DNA of 64,000 nucleotides from Lama glama (taxonomy: Eukaryota), in contig CM052817.1 of assembly GCA_028534125.1 (NCBI GenBank), positions 11,038,001 through 11,102,000 on the forward strand. Direction: 5' to 3'. The translations under genes were made by a program, and so were the position numbers. How positions within the stretch are numbered: the first letter of the stretch is position 1; every line of letters begins with the position of its first letter. Positions 13,320 through 25,942 of the stretch are shown piece by piece. The notes under the pieces were generated by a model that was not told the DNA's origin, ran no database searches, and was given only the letters and a program-made list of their open reading frames with translations.

Positions 13320-13560
13320 TACTGAGTGTTCTAAGGAACACTAGCATAATTCTGAGTGAATGGAGTTCTGTTTTCAAGTTGGGAATTTTTGAATACAGTG
13401 CACCCCCACCCACCTCTGAGTTTCATATTAAGAATCTCCATCTTAAAGGCTCAAAAAAACTCTTGCAGTGAAGAAACCTATTTAAATTTGGTTAACCCAC
13501 TGTTACCTAAATTGATTTGACCAGAGAACATTTTTTAGCAAGAATATTTTGGGAATGTTT
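13320..13560. mobile_element. hAT-Charlie MITE (MER112/113-like)
   Basis: gtgttctaaggaacactag...cttgcagtgaagaaacc...atttgaccagagaac. Confidence 0.5.
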
Positions 13561-13769
13561 ATTAAGCTAAAAGACACCCAGGAGAAAGATCAGGAGAACT
13601 CAAGCCCTAGGTTGGCTCTCTTTTAGTTCAATGTACAACTTGGAGCGAGTCCTTTTGTTAAATTTATGTTTTGAGAAAATAAACTAGGTAAGAGACTCTG
13701 AGGTCTCTTCCAGCTCATAAATGAAATGATCTGAGAAAATCTAATAAAAATGAAGGCAAGAGGCTGGAG

Positions 13770-14161
13770 AAAATACTGTACATCACCCAAAGGACTGGGA
13801 TAAGTGAGGCGAGACTAACGACCAGGGAGGTGTATGAAGACCTGGGCAATTCGTCCCCAAGAAAGTCCTACCAAACACCTCAGGAGCAGGTCCAGATCGT
13901 TGTCAAGAGAAGTCAGGTTAGAGCCAGGGAGACAAGACCTTGAAACACTAAATAGATAAAGCAAAGACCGGAACAAGAACTGAGCAAGGAGGGCGGATGG
14001 AGAGTCAACCATGTGTGGGATGAAATGAAGTCCACAAAATAGCTCCAGGTAAGGGGTTCGCGGGTGAGCCCAACAACAGAGACTTGGCGAAAGGCCACCC
14101 TTTGTATATGGTGGGTGAAGCTCTGGGAGCAGGAGTGGCCTGGACAAAGGAAACCATGACA
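13770..14161 (-). mobile_element. Probable ancient LTR fragment
   Basis: Minus strand begins TGTCATGG; composition is LTR-like; family not confidently recognised. Confidence 0.3.
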
Positions 14162-15347
14162 GACTCGGCAAAATTAAAATTACAGGTCAACTTTCTAGCA
14201 ATATTTGGTTGGACCTTGAACCTTTTATTAAATTTTGAATGAAATCTGTCTTACAACTCAGGGAACAAAAAGGAAAAAAAAATGTAGTTGAATAAAACCA
14301 AAGTTTTCCAGCCTAGAATCCCTGGGCTGCTGAGGCTTTTGCAAAGGTCAGAAAGGGTCCCCAAGCTGCGTTTCTGCTAAAAGAAGTAGGGATCTTGCAG
14401 CTGTTTTCTCAGGATGCTGATCAAGAGGCCATGATCTGGGCTGGAGTCCACAGGGATACAGGTGGGGCAAGGGGCTGGCACTGCTTAGGGAAAGGCACAA
14501 ATGCAAATGTTACGACCGGAAGAACACCAGCAGAATAAGAGTCCAAATTGCAGAGCCAAGACAGAGTGACGGTCAGCAGAAGCTGGATGCTCTTGGATTG
14601 TGCACTGTCGTTAAAAAGAATTTTGAGCCCCATATACACCTGCACTGTACGCAAACTACGTATGTGTAGCACTGTACTACTAGGTTAAAATCATTACATA
14701 ATATACACAAAAAAGCAGAAAATTTAAACCAATGAAAAAATAAATAAATATAAAGTTTCTAATACTGCATGACCCCTAGAATGAAAGCGCTCCACTCTGG
14801 AGACCACTGACGGAGACCAAGTGAGGGCAAGAGAAGATGAAACACCAGTGAGAGGGGAACCAGCCAGAGAGGTGGCTGCAGTCAGACGGGAGCTCACCGT
14901 CCGGGGCTGTGGATCTGCATCAGGCTGGTTTAAAGAATTAGAAGGAGGGAGGATAATAAGGATCTGAAAGCCCTTTGGGAAATTCAAGACTGAAATGTAA
15001 ATATACCTGTACCTGTGATAAGACCACCAAACCTGAAAAATCATACTCTTTTTTTTTAACTTCAGCTAGAATTATATCAGCTCCATGTAGTCATATTTGC
15101 CTCCTAACAGATGACATTACATTTGTTTATGCTTTGATTTAACAAGTAGGGGGAAGGTATTATTTTTCATCTACTGAGAACCCTGCAAGACACAGCTGTT
15201 GAAATGGAAAAGTAAATATGGAAGCTCTCAGAAGCAAAAATACTGAGAATTATGGGACTAGAGTGTCTGTAAGTCTATGATTTGATGTCATCGACGTGGC
15301 CACTTTGCTTCACCAGAACGATTCTTCAAGCCGGAAAACATGCTGGA

Positions 15348-15546
15348 TCAGCATCATTCAACAGAACTTTCTACGCAAGAGAAGTCTTCTATTTCTGTGC
15401 TATCTGCTGTGGTGGCTCCCAGCCCCGTGTGATTACTGGGCACTTGAAATGTGGCTAGAGAAACTGAATTTTAAATTTTATTTAACCTTAGTAATTTAAT
15501 TTGAAGTAGTCCCTTGTGACTAGTGGCTACTGTGTCGGATAGTGCA
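15348..15546 (+). mobile_element. MER3 hAT-Charlie MITE
   Basis: caacagaactttct...gcacttgaaatgtggctag...aactgaattttaaattttattt. Confidence 0.85.
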
Positions 15547-16483
15547 TCCCTCAAATAAAGTCTCAGCAAATATATCACAATCAGTTACTAGCAGCAGTCA
15601 ACAGAGTCCATGAAGAGTTGGGCAGACTTGCTAAAATTCCACAGTATAATTTGTCAAGTAGACTTTGAATTTAACAAGCCACAAAATCAAAAGATGCCAA
15701 GAAATAGGCTTTAAGTAGAAGATATTAGCCTATAACCAAAATGAAGAAAACCCACAGATACAAGAGGGTCAATGAACTGCAAAGAAATAGAAAGAGGATA
15801 AAAGCCCATGGGACCACAGTGGGCAGCAAATGGAATGAGCCAGAAGCATGTCTAGAAGGAAGATGATCAGGGCTGAGCTGAGAGATAAGGATGTAAACGT
15901 GCCAGTGAGGAATCCCTCCTCTAGACTTGGCTTGCATTTTTGGCCTCCACATCTGAAGAGGGATGAGAAGGAATTGGAGAAGATCCAAGGAACAACAAAA
16001 TGATTCAACTGTTGGATCACAGAGTCACAGCGGGGAAATATTGGATGTATTGTGGCTTTTTAATCCAGAAAAATAGAATTTGGGGGTAACAATATCTGCC
16101 TTCAGGTACCAGAAGAGTCACAATAAGTGGCATCTGCCAGGCGGTCCCCATGCACACGGAGGAGGAAATTACACTTAATATACAGCAGGTAAGATATTTC
16201 ATTTAGCCAGAAGGAAGATTTGTCTGTTCAGAGGGAATAGTTTAACAGGGAGGCAGTTTCATTTAATCAGAGATGTTAAACATCAGAGCCTTCAGGGACT
16301 GAGCCAAAAATATAAATAGGAGACAGACCCTGAGCTCCAGGACTTTCACCTGGGAGGGTGGGGAGGCAGGACTACGCTGCCTCGCACCCGACCACAACAC
16401 ACTGCACAAGCCTGTTAGGAAGAGGGAGAGGACTGTCGATGGCTCCACACTCACTCCGCCCGCTCCCCGCAGAGGGAGCTGCA

Positions 16484-18912
16484 CAGGGATACCCTGTTTA
16501 ATGCACTTGGCTTTACCGCATTCTGCAGATACTGCTTTTTTTTTTTTTTAAACAAACTGAAGATATGTGGCAACTTTGCCTGGAGCAAGTCTATCAGTGC
16601 CATTTTTCCAACAGCATTTGCTCGATTGATGTCTCTGTATCACATTTTGGTAATTCTCATGATATTTCCAAATTTTTTGTCGTTATTTTGTTTGTTATGG
16701 TGACCTGTGATCAGTGATCTGCGTTGTTACTATTGTAATTGTTTGGGGGCACCATGAACCATGCCCACAGGAGACGGTGAACTTGATTGATAAATGTTGT
16801 GTGTGTTCTGACAGCTCCGCCCACTGGCTGGTCCACGTTTCCCTCCCACTCCTGGGGCCTCCCTATTCCCTGATATTAGATCAATTAAATACCCTATAAT
16901 GACCTCTAAGTGTTTAAGTGAAAGGAAGAGTCACATGTCTCTCCTTTTAAACCAAAAGCTAGAAGGACTAAATTTAGTGAGGAAGCTGAGATGTCTAATG
17001 CTGAGGTGGCCAAATCCAAGGCCTCTTGCACCAAACGGCCAAGTTGTGAATGCAAAGGAGAAGTTCTTAAAGGAAATTAAAAGTGCTCCTCCAGGGAACA
17101 CATGAGTGATAAGAAAGCAAAACAGCCTTGTTGCTGACACGGATAAAGTTGGAGTGGTCTGGATAAAAGCTCAAACAGCTACAACATTCCCTTAAACCAA
17201 AGCCCAATCCAGAGCGAGGCTCTAACTTTCTTCAATTCTGTGAAGGCTGAGAGAGGTGAGGAAGCTGCGGAAGAAGCGTCTGAAGCTTGCAGAGGTTGGT
17301 TCATGATGGGTAAGGAAAGAAACCATGTCCATAACATAAAGGTGCTGATGGAGAAGCTGCAGCAAGTTGTCCAGAAGAGCTAGTCAACGTCATTCATGAA
17401 GGTGGCACACTAAACAACAGATTCTCAATGTACGCAAACAGCTTCATGTTGGAAGAAGATGCCAACTAGGACTTTCATAACGAGAGGAAACTTAATGCCT
17501 GGCTTCAAACCTGCAAAGGACAAGCTAACTCTCTAATGTAGCTGGTGACTTGAAGTTGAAGCCAATGCGCATTTACCATTATGAAAATCCTAGGGCCCTT
17601 AAGAATTATGCTAACGCCACCCTGACTGTGCTCTCTATATAGAACAACAAAGCCTGGATGACAGCACATCTGTTTATCACATAGTTTACTGAATATTTTG
17701 AGCCCACCTTTGAGAACCACTCCTTAGAAAAAGAGATTCCTTTCAAAATATTACTGCTCATTGACAATACACCTGGTCACCCAAGTGCTCTGATGGAGAT
17801 GGACAGTAAGATTCGTGTTGCTTTCATGCCTGCTGACACAAGACATCATTTTGACTTCCAAGTCTTATCATGTAAGAAATACATTCATAAGGCTATAGCT
17901 GCTGTCAATAGTGACTCTTCTGATGGATCTGGGCAAAGTGAATTTAAAACCTGGAAAGGATTCACTCGTCTAGATGCCACTAAGAATATTCATAACTCAT
18001 GGGAAGAGGTCAAACTACCGACATTAATGGGAGTTTGGAAGAAGTTGATTCCAACCCTCATGGATGACTTTGAGGGGTTCAAGACTTCAGGAAGTAACTG
18101 CACATGTGGTGGAAGTAGCAAGTGAGCTAGAATTAGAAATGACTGAATTGCTGCAATCTCAGGATAAAACTTCAACAGGTGAAGAGTTACTTCTTACTGA
18201 CGAGCAAGGAAAGTGGTTTCTTGAGATAGAATCTACTCCTGGTGAAGATGCTGTGAAGACTGTTGAAATGACAATAAAAGATTTAGAATATGACATAAAC
18301 TTAGTTGATAAAGCAGTGTCAGGTTTTGAGAGAACTGACTCCAATTTTAAATGTCCTACTGTGGGTAAAACACTACAAACACTATTGCACACTACAGAGA
18401 AGTCATTCATGAAAGGAAGAGTCAATTAATGCAGCAAACTTCATTGCTGTCTTATTTGAAGAAATTTCCACAGCCACCCCAATCTTCAGCAACCACCACA
18501 ATGATCAGTCAGTAGCCATCAACACTGAGGCAAGACTCTCCATGAGCAAAAAGATTACAAGTTGCTGAAGACCCAGAGGACAATTAGCTTTTTTTAGCAA
18601 TGAATTACTTTTTAATTAAAACGTTTAATAAAACAGATAAACAACAAGGAACTACTGTATAGCATAGGAAACTACATTCAATTTCTTGTAATGAGTTTTA
18701 ATGGAAAAGAATCTGAAAATATATACATATACAACTTACACATTATTTTTTAGACGTAATACTATTGCACACTTCATAGATTACCGTATAGTGTAAACAC
18801 AACTTTTACATGCTCTCGGAAACCAAAAAATTCATGTGACTCACTTTGCTATGATATTTGCTTTATTGTAGTGGTTTGGAACTGAACCCACAACATCTCC
18901 GAGGTTTGTCTG
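16484..18912 (+). mobile_element. Tigger1 (TcMar-Tigger/pogo) DNA transposon, near full length, decayed transposase
   Basis: Ends cagggatacc... and ...ctccgaggtttgtctg match Tigger1 termini; ~2.4 kb span; transposase remnants such as [11 protein letters not shown] (17751-17783) and ORFs 17793-18125 and 18064-18429. Confidence 0.95.
18622..18735 (+). mobile_element. Short L1 3' UTR fragment inside Tigger1
   Basis: ataaaacagataaacaacaaggaactactgtatagcataggaaactacattcaat resembles the L1 3' UTR also present at 27240-27340 and 40090-40170. Confidence 0.7.
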
Positions 18913-21699
18913 CACACACAGGCCACCAGGAGGAAACAAAGCACAACATTAATAGAAGACAGAGCAGCTGGAAACACCTAATGCCTCATGCTCAAGTGAA
19001 TACCGGATTGGAATATATGAAAAGACTCAAGATTCAGAGAAGCCAGTTATCTCTTGTCCCAAATCTAGGATGGCAAGGCCTGTGGGACTGAGCATCCCTG
19101 CCTTATCCTGTCATGTGCAGGGAGCAAGTCAAAACCAAAAGAGGAAGCAGGCACCTGGAAATGGGATGCACAGGGGATCCTGCTGCTGGTGAGTCCTGAC
19201 TGTGGTGACTACATGGTGGCTAATGTAATTAACCAGGGCTAACCCGGGAAAACTGGATATATGGATATAGTGCCACCTCCCTGTAAGGTACTGTACTCTT
19301 ATTAGTTAAACATTCACTTTGCCCAGTCAAGGCTCAGGCTCTGTGCAACCAGAATAGCATCTCCTCTCTTGAGGAGAATGAGTGAAGCTTCCTGATGCAA
19401 ATATTCCGATTATATCACAGATATAATCAAGCACTAATGAGAAATCAGAGAAGTGAGTATAATAGAGGGTGACTGCATATTTATGCAACATTGAATTAAT
19501 CTGAAACTGTGTGATATAAAAATATTAATAAAGTGCTATTTTGTGCCCAAAATTCAAAATTGTGCAATTCCCAAACCGTTGTTTAATTCATCAGGAATTG
19601 TTCATTTTCACTGTTATTATACCAAATGAATTGTAGACAATGTTTACACTACTAGCATTTGAGCTGCTAAACAGAAATACCCACCATCAGAAATACTTTT
19701 GTCAGATCTGCAAGAAAATTAATCTTTAATTATGTCAGTTTTGAATTATGTAAATTCTTCAAAAATCTAACCCTCATGTAAACCATCACTTCTGTGTACA
19801 AGAGCAGAAGAAAGGCATTTCAGGAAGAGCTAAAAATTATGTGCAAATACATAGAGCCAGAAAGAATTAAAGAAAGGGATGGAGAAAAGGAAGGAAAGCA
19901 GAAAGGATGGAGGAGGGTTTGGAATATTCAAGAAACAGTGGGAAGTGGGGGAGGAAAAAGAGGTTGAAAAAAATTAGTTGTAAACCAACGACTCCCAAAA
20001 GCCAGTCCTCATTTCAGTATCAGGCTGTGGTAGAATTTTCACTGATCCACAATTTAAAAAGAAAAACAAGGACAGTGTTTTCTAAAACACTAATAATTTG
20101 TTGGCATTAAAACATCCTGTTATGAAATGTTGGCAACAGGAGATGGCAGATGACAGGAAGGGTTGGCTGTTTTTTTTTTTTAATGTCCTTATTTAACAAA
20201 ATAAAATTTGACAACCCCATAAAGGTCCACAATTTATTTTTCAGAAATATTACTGCTCCATTAAATGCAAGAGACAGGGAACCACAGTGATATGATAAGA
20301 AATTTAGATGATTGAATAAGGTACAAGATTAAGCACATTGAGAATAATTCTAGATACTGATTTTTAAATTTGTTTTAATACATCAATAATTAAGAGGATG
20401 TACCAGAATAATGTAAATGGCATGCACATGCTCCAAAAAATGAGAGAAAAAAGTATAACAAAGAGCATTATAAGTTCAACAAAGGAAAGAAAGAAAAAGG
20501 AACTAAGAAAACAGAAAATAAGATAGCAAGAATAAATTCAACCATATCACTAATCACAACAAATATATCTGGGTTACATTCACTACACAGAAACTCCCAG
20601 ATTGGTCACGAAACCAATCAAACCAAACAAACAAATAAACATTGTCTGTATTTTTTTTTTTTAGCTGGAATCACATTAAAATAAGACCTTGGAAATTTAA
20701 AAATAAAATGATGGAAAAAGATAAATCAGGCAAATGCTAGCTGCAATTTTCCAATGTGAGCTTCTCAAAAGAAGACAGTGTCATGATATTAAAGTGAAAT
20801 AAAATTTAAAGGGTGGAGCATTTAGACATCAAAATTTTTAAGTTGATAAAAAATAAAATTCACCAAATACCTACAACAGCATGTAACATAATTGTTTCAA
20901 AATATACAAGGCAAAAATTGTTAGATGAGCAAGCAGAACTGGGCTAATCCATCATAGTGGGATGGATTAATAGACATTTCTTAGAAAATGATTGTGTTTT
21001 CAATATGGAAGTAGAGGCTTGGATTTCACAAATAACAAGTTTAATCAAACAGCTATATAAAAAATTGTACATAACAGAGAAAATACATTTTTTAAGCACT
21101 CATGAAACATTTACAAAGAAAGGTGGCACACAAAATCCCCGTTCGGTTGCAAAAATAGAGATTATTCCACAATCCAGTGGCATTAGAAACTTACAACAAA
21201 AGATAATGAGCATCATCCAACCCACAAAAATCATGATTTAGAAATTTTAAAGAGCTCTTTTAAATACTTCCAAGTAAAAGCAGAAATCAAAACCAAAATT
21301 ATAGATTCTTTCAAAATTAACACAAGTGACAACAAAATCTTTGAGACACAGCCTCGGCGGTATTTAGAGGTCTTTGATGTATTTATTGGGTTAAATTATA
21401 TAAGCATTCAACTCAAGAAATTAAAAAACAACAAATAAATATAGAGAACGGGGAAGAAAGGAATAATATATAAAAGTATAAATGAAGCAAATGTAAAAGA
21501 AACTGTAAGTATAAAATAAAAATTTTTAAATAATCAATAAAATGAAAACTGGTCCTTTGGGAAGAAATAAAAGTGACAATATCAAAACTGGCAATCCTTT
21601 AGCACTTTTGATTATTAAAACAAAAAAAGAAGGCAAAAACAAACTCTTAGGAAAGAGAAGACAGGCATAGCTACAGATACAGAGGGATTAAAAAAATGC

Positions 21700-21915
21700 A
21701 ATAGTCTCTGAAACCAGATTACTTGAGTTTGAATCCCAGTTCCATCACTTGGTAGGCAAGGTACTAAATCTCTCCTCCGGGCCTCAATTTTCCCATCTGT
21801 AAAATGGTTATAATAATAGTATTAACTTCAAGGAGGATTAAGTGCCCTACATATAGAAGTACTTAACACTATGCCTGGTACCATAGCTGGCAATGTGTAA
21901 AGGTTCGCTATTATT
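21700..21915 (+). mobile_element. MIR SINE
   Basis: gagtttgaatcccagttccatcactt...gggcctcaattttcccatctgtaaaatgg core. Confidence 0.85.
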
Positions 21916-22260
21916 ATAAGAGTACAAATTCAACTTTCATTTAGGTGGAATGTATGAGTTTCTAAAAGTATATAAATGAACAAATTTGACTCAAAAATAG
22001 GTTAATAATTAAGAAAGAGTGGGAAATAAAGGCAAAGATTTAGGACAAATCAGCCATCAAGCCTGTTCTATAACATTGTTTTGCAAGAAAAGTGCTAAAC
22101 CTTGTGTCAGCTGTTTCAGAGCATGGAAACATATAAGGAGTTTTTCAGTTTTTTCTATTGAGCTACCATAACCTTAGTACTAAAACCAGACCCAAAAATA
22201 CAGCACACATAGCCCTTCAACCAAAACTTAATTATGAACATAAACAGTAAATTTCAAATA

Positions 22261-22715
22261 CAGGGAGACCTCATTTTATTGCACTTCATTTTATTAGTAC
22301 TTCACAGACATTGCTTTTTTTATAAATTGAAAGTTTGTGGCAACCCTGCAATGAGCAATTCTATCAGTGTGATTTTTCCAATAGCATTTGCTCCCGTTCT
22401 GTCTCTGTGTCACATTTTGGTTATTCTAAAAATATTTCAGATTTTTTCATCATTAGTCTATTTGTCACTATGATCTGTAATCCGTGATCTTTGATGTTAC
22501 TATTGTAAAAAGACTACAACTCACTGAAGGCTCAGATGATAGTTAGCATTTTTTTAGTGATCAAGTATTGCACGCTTAATAGGCCCCAGTACAGTGTAAA
22601 CGTAACTTTTATGTGCACTGGGAAACCAAATAAGTCATGTGATTTACGTTGTTTCAATATATGTTTTATTCTGGTGGTCTGGAACTGAACCCACAATATC
22701 TCCGAGGTATGCCTG
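22261..22715 (+). mobile_element. Non-autonomous Tigger1 internal-deletion derivative (Tigger1a-like)
   Basis: ta|cagggagacctcattttattg ... ctccgaggtatgcctg; both Tigger1 ends joined, no transposase. Confidence 0.9.
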
Positions 22716-22974
22716 GAAAATGTGAGCAAATCAAATCTGGCAACATATTTTTTTAAATACTAGGGAAAATCTTAGGAATGGGTCAGCATTAGGGAAAAAT
22801 ACATTGATGAAATTCAGTATCGTAACAGATTAGGAAAAAAGAAATATGTGTATATAGTTAGATACTATAAAAAAGAAATACATGTTATATAATTTTATGT
22901 ATATAATTATACATATGTCATACATACATGTATAATATATATTTCTTTTTTCATAATCGATATATATACATATA

Positions 22975-23482
22975 ATAACCCCCTTATCCATAGGGGTTCG
23001 TTCTAAGACCCCCCAGTGTTTGCCTGAAACAGCGTGTGGTACCAAACCCTATATATACTGTTTTTTCCACACATACTTCCCAGTGATAAAGTTTAATTTA
23101 TAAATTAGACACAGTAAGATATAAACAATAATAGCAAATAACAAAATAGAAAAATTATAACAATATACTATAATAGTTATGTGAATGGGGTCTCTCTCAA
23201 TTTCAAAATATCTCATTGTACAAATTTAATGTTTTTTCCATCTTAACTAGACACACACTGTAGCTGTAACTTTTACAGTTTGATATGTGACAGAAAAACT
23301 ACCATGAATTTTTTTCCTTCTTCACAATTTCAAAGATAGAAGATTCATTCTTACTATAGATCTCAGCAACTTCAACATACAATGTTTTCTTTTTTTTTTT
23401 TTTTACCAAGTTGAGAACTTTCACCTTTCCATTTAAAGGAAGCACTTTACTGCTCCTCTGGTATATCCAGATGGCCAGTATT
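22975..23482 (-). mobile_element. Tigger2-family derivative
   Basis: ccccttatccatagggggttcgttctaagaccccccag terminus; minus ORF 23299-23541 contains the Tigger2 transposase N-terminus (KVLPLNGKVKVLNL...YSKNESSIFEIVKKEK). Confidence 0.85.
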
Positions 23483-23834
23483 TGATAAAGTATTTTATAA
23501 AATTCAACACTCAGCTTAATTAAAGACAAACAAATAAACAAAAATCTTAAGCTAATAAAGGGTATCTACCAACAGAAAATATCACACTTGAGGGTGAAAC
23601 ACTAGAATAATGCCCACTCAGGAACAGCACAGGGACACCAGCTGTCTTCACTAGTATTCAATAATTTGCTAAAGGTCCTGGTAATTTCGATAACAGAAGA
23701 CAATAAGAGAGATAAAGTATTTTAGAAAGAAAGGGACGAAGCATTCCACATTTGCAGGTAATACTATGACCTACCTGTAAAATTCAACAGCTTTCTAAAC
23801 ACTAGCAAAAAATTACAAAGGATCACAAAGGATC

Positions 23835-24110
23835 ACTTTTCACTTAGGGTTCAGTTGCAGAAAATGGAAATTTCTCTAGCTGGTTTATTTTAAATTATTA
23901 GAAAGCCTGGAGAGATCAGCCTCAGCGAGGCTGAACTTCCAGGAATCATAATTCCTCTATCAGGATTGAGAAAACTGCCCACGAGGGTGGGCAGGAAACC
24001 ACCCAATCAGGAAGCTGCTGACCACAGGATCATGTGGCCTCTTATCATCAGAAAAGAGATTCTCAGAGTCAGAAAGTTGCTGACTCCAGAAACAGAGAGT
24101 AATGAGTTGA
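23835..24110 (-). mobile_element. Old MaLR LTR fragment
   Basis: cacttagggttcagttgcagaaaatggaaatttctctagctgg start, typical of old MLT1 antisense. Confidence 0.45.
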
Positions 24111-24167
24111 AGGAAAAAATAACAAGATGGAGAAGAATATGTGTAGTATAATTCCACTTACCTTTTA

Positions 24168-24267
24168 TTTGTTTGTTTGTTTGTTTGTAATGGAGGTGCT
24201 GAGGGATTGAACCCAGGACCTCGTGCATGCTAAGCATGAACTCTACCACTGAGCTATTCCCTCCTCC
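24168..24267 (-). mobile_element. tRNA-Ala-derived camelid SINE (vic-1 type)
   Basis: Minus: gaggagggaatagctcagtggtagagttcatgcttagcatgcacgaggtcctgggttcaatccctcagcacctcca plus (caaa)n tail; degenerate TSD at 24153-24167 and 24268-24282. Confidence 0.9.
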
Positions 24268-24329
24268 TCTATTTACGTTTTAAAGAATTAAATAACACAT
24301 CTGAAGTGCCTGGAACATAGGGTAGAATA

Positions 24330-25270
24330 CAATCAATGGTCGTTAGCTATTTTTGAACTTTAGAAAAAGTCTGGAATGATACTGTGTAGGTTCTGAGAGC
24401 TACTGAAGGCTTTTCAATAGGAAAGTAGTCTGACTGGGTTTACATTTCAGAAAGATCGCTCCAGCCTCCAAGAGGAAGATGACTGATAACACCAGCTGGC
24501 GTTTGTTGAGTGCTTCCTAGATCCTAGGCATCGTTCCAAAGACATGACACATCTCATCTCATTTAATGTTCACAACCATCCAATAAGGTCATTACTATTG
24601 TTTTCCCCGTTTAACAGATGTGGACTTCAGGCAAGGGAGGCTAAACAGCTTGCCCAGAAAGTCTTAGCCAATTACCAGTGAAAATATGTTTCAGATCCAA
24701 GCAGTCTGACTTCAGACCCCATAATTTGATGTTGACACCTTGAATTGAAACAGGAGACAGGGATATCTAACTCTACACCAGGTAGGGGACTATTGAATTA
24801 ATATGAATCTATGTGACAGACCATGACGATATAGAGATAGGAACAGTAAGGACTGAGAGATATTTTGGTACAAGATAAAAAATGGAGTTTTAAATAGAGG
24901 GTAGGGGGAGCAAGGACAGGAAGGTGAAAGATTCAAGAACGTTTGGAGTTTCTGGCTTAGGTAACTGAGGGGAAATTTGTATCGTTAGCCTGGAGGAGGG
25001 GTAGGTGATGAAAAAGATTTGGTTTCAGACACGCTGAGAAGTTCTAGATGCAGACACGTTTGCTGAGCAATGGCTCTAGTTTTAGGAGCTGGGAGACAGA
25101 TGCAGTAGTTTTCAGGTACAAGCTCTTGTCTCTTTAGCTGTGTGACCCAGGGCACTTTAACCCTTCAAGTCCCAGTCTCCTCATCTGTAGAACAGGGTTA
25201 CCAAAACTTCCCTGCCAGATTTTTGTGTGAGTCTCAAATGAGAGAATGAACAGAAAAATATGTTGTTGGC
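24330..25270. mobile_element. Antisense L2 interrupted by MIR (24490-24720), followed by another MIR (25100-25270)
   Basis: tttacatttcagaaagatcgctcc and gtttctggcttaggtaactg are L2 motifs; MIR cores present. Confidence 0.65.
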
Positions 25271-25942
25271 TATTAAACACACACACACAAACAAACAATG
25301 GTATTTAAGAAGCCCTCGGTGCTTTAGTAAAAGAATTCAGCCTCATATAGATAAAGTGTGTCAATAAGGTCAATCCTTCCTGTACTTGGTTAGCATTTGA
25401 TCTCCTTTGATGAGTGTCAGCTGTTAGAAAAATAATGAGAAATCAAAATGGCTTTATGGATTCAAGTTTTTAGCAAAATCTATATTTTCATAGTTTTTTT
25501 TTAAATGGCTTGAATTGGCTCTCTGAAATCAATACACTGCATTTACAGAGATACTTGAGGAAAAAAGAACTGTGGCTTTTTTAGGATCAATAGTAAGTGG
25601 CTTGATTCTTATCCAGACAATGAGCAATCCAGGTTAACTCTTGGGAGCGGGGAGAAGTTGTGTTCAAAACCCAGGCTTGTTCCAATCTTGCTCATCCTCA
25701 AGGTCCAGCATCCTTGCCACCTTCAAGACAGAGTAGGATAGTCTTTAAGAGCACCGGCTTTTTTTAAGGGTACTTTTATTCAGATAGAAATGGGTTCATG
25801 CTCCAGTTTTATCACTTTTTAACTCTGTGATTGCAGCAAGTTATTCAGCCTCTTTCAGCATTAATTTCCTTAATTTGTAAAATGAGTATAATAAAATATC
25901 ATAGCATAATAGGTGGTGGTTGGGATTTTTTAAAAATACATG

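Larger units (their letters stand above)
20250..23810 (+). mobile_element. Very old L1 (ORF2 region) fossil, interrupted by MIR, Tigger1a and Tigger2
   Basis: A-rich sense strand with degenerate ORF2 landmarks: endonuclease start near 20540, TTDTxEI-like region at 21660-21690, RT region at 23560-23780. Confidence 0.75.

Noticed and set aside
17793..18429. TIGD/CENP-B-like domesticated gene
   Set aside because: Frameshifted fragments inside a TIR-bounded Tigger1 that has lost catalytic motifs.
24190..24264. Functional tRNA-Ala gene (also 29380-29451, 40878-40950 and 60535-60592)
   Set aside because: A-rich tails, TSDs, mismatched stems and multiple diverged copies indicate SINEs.
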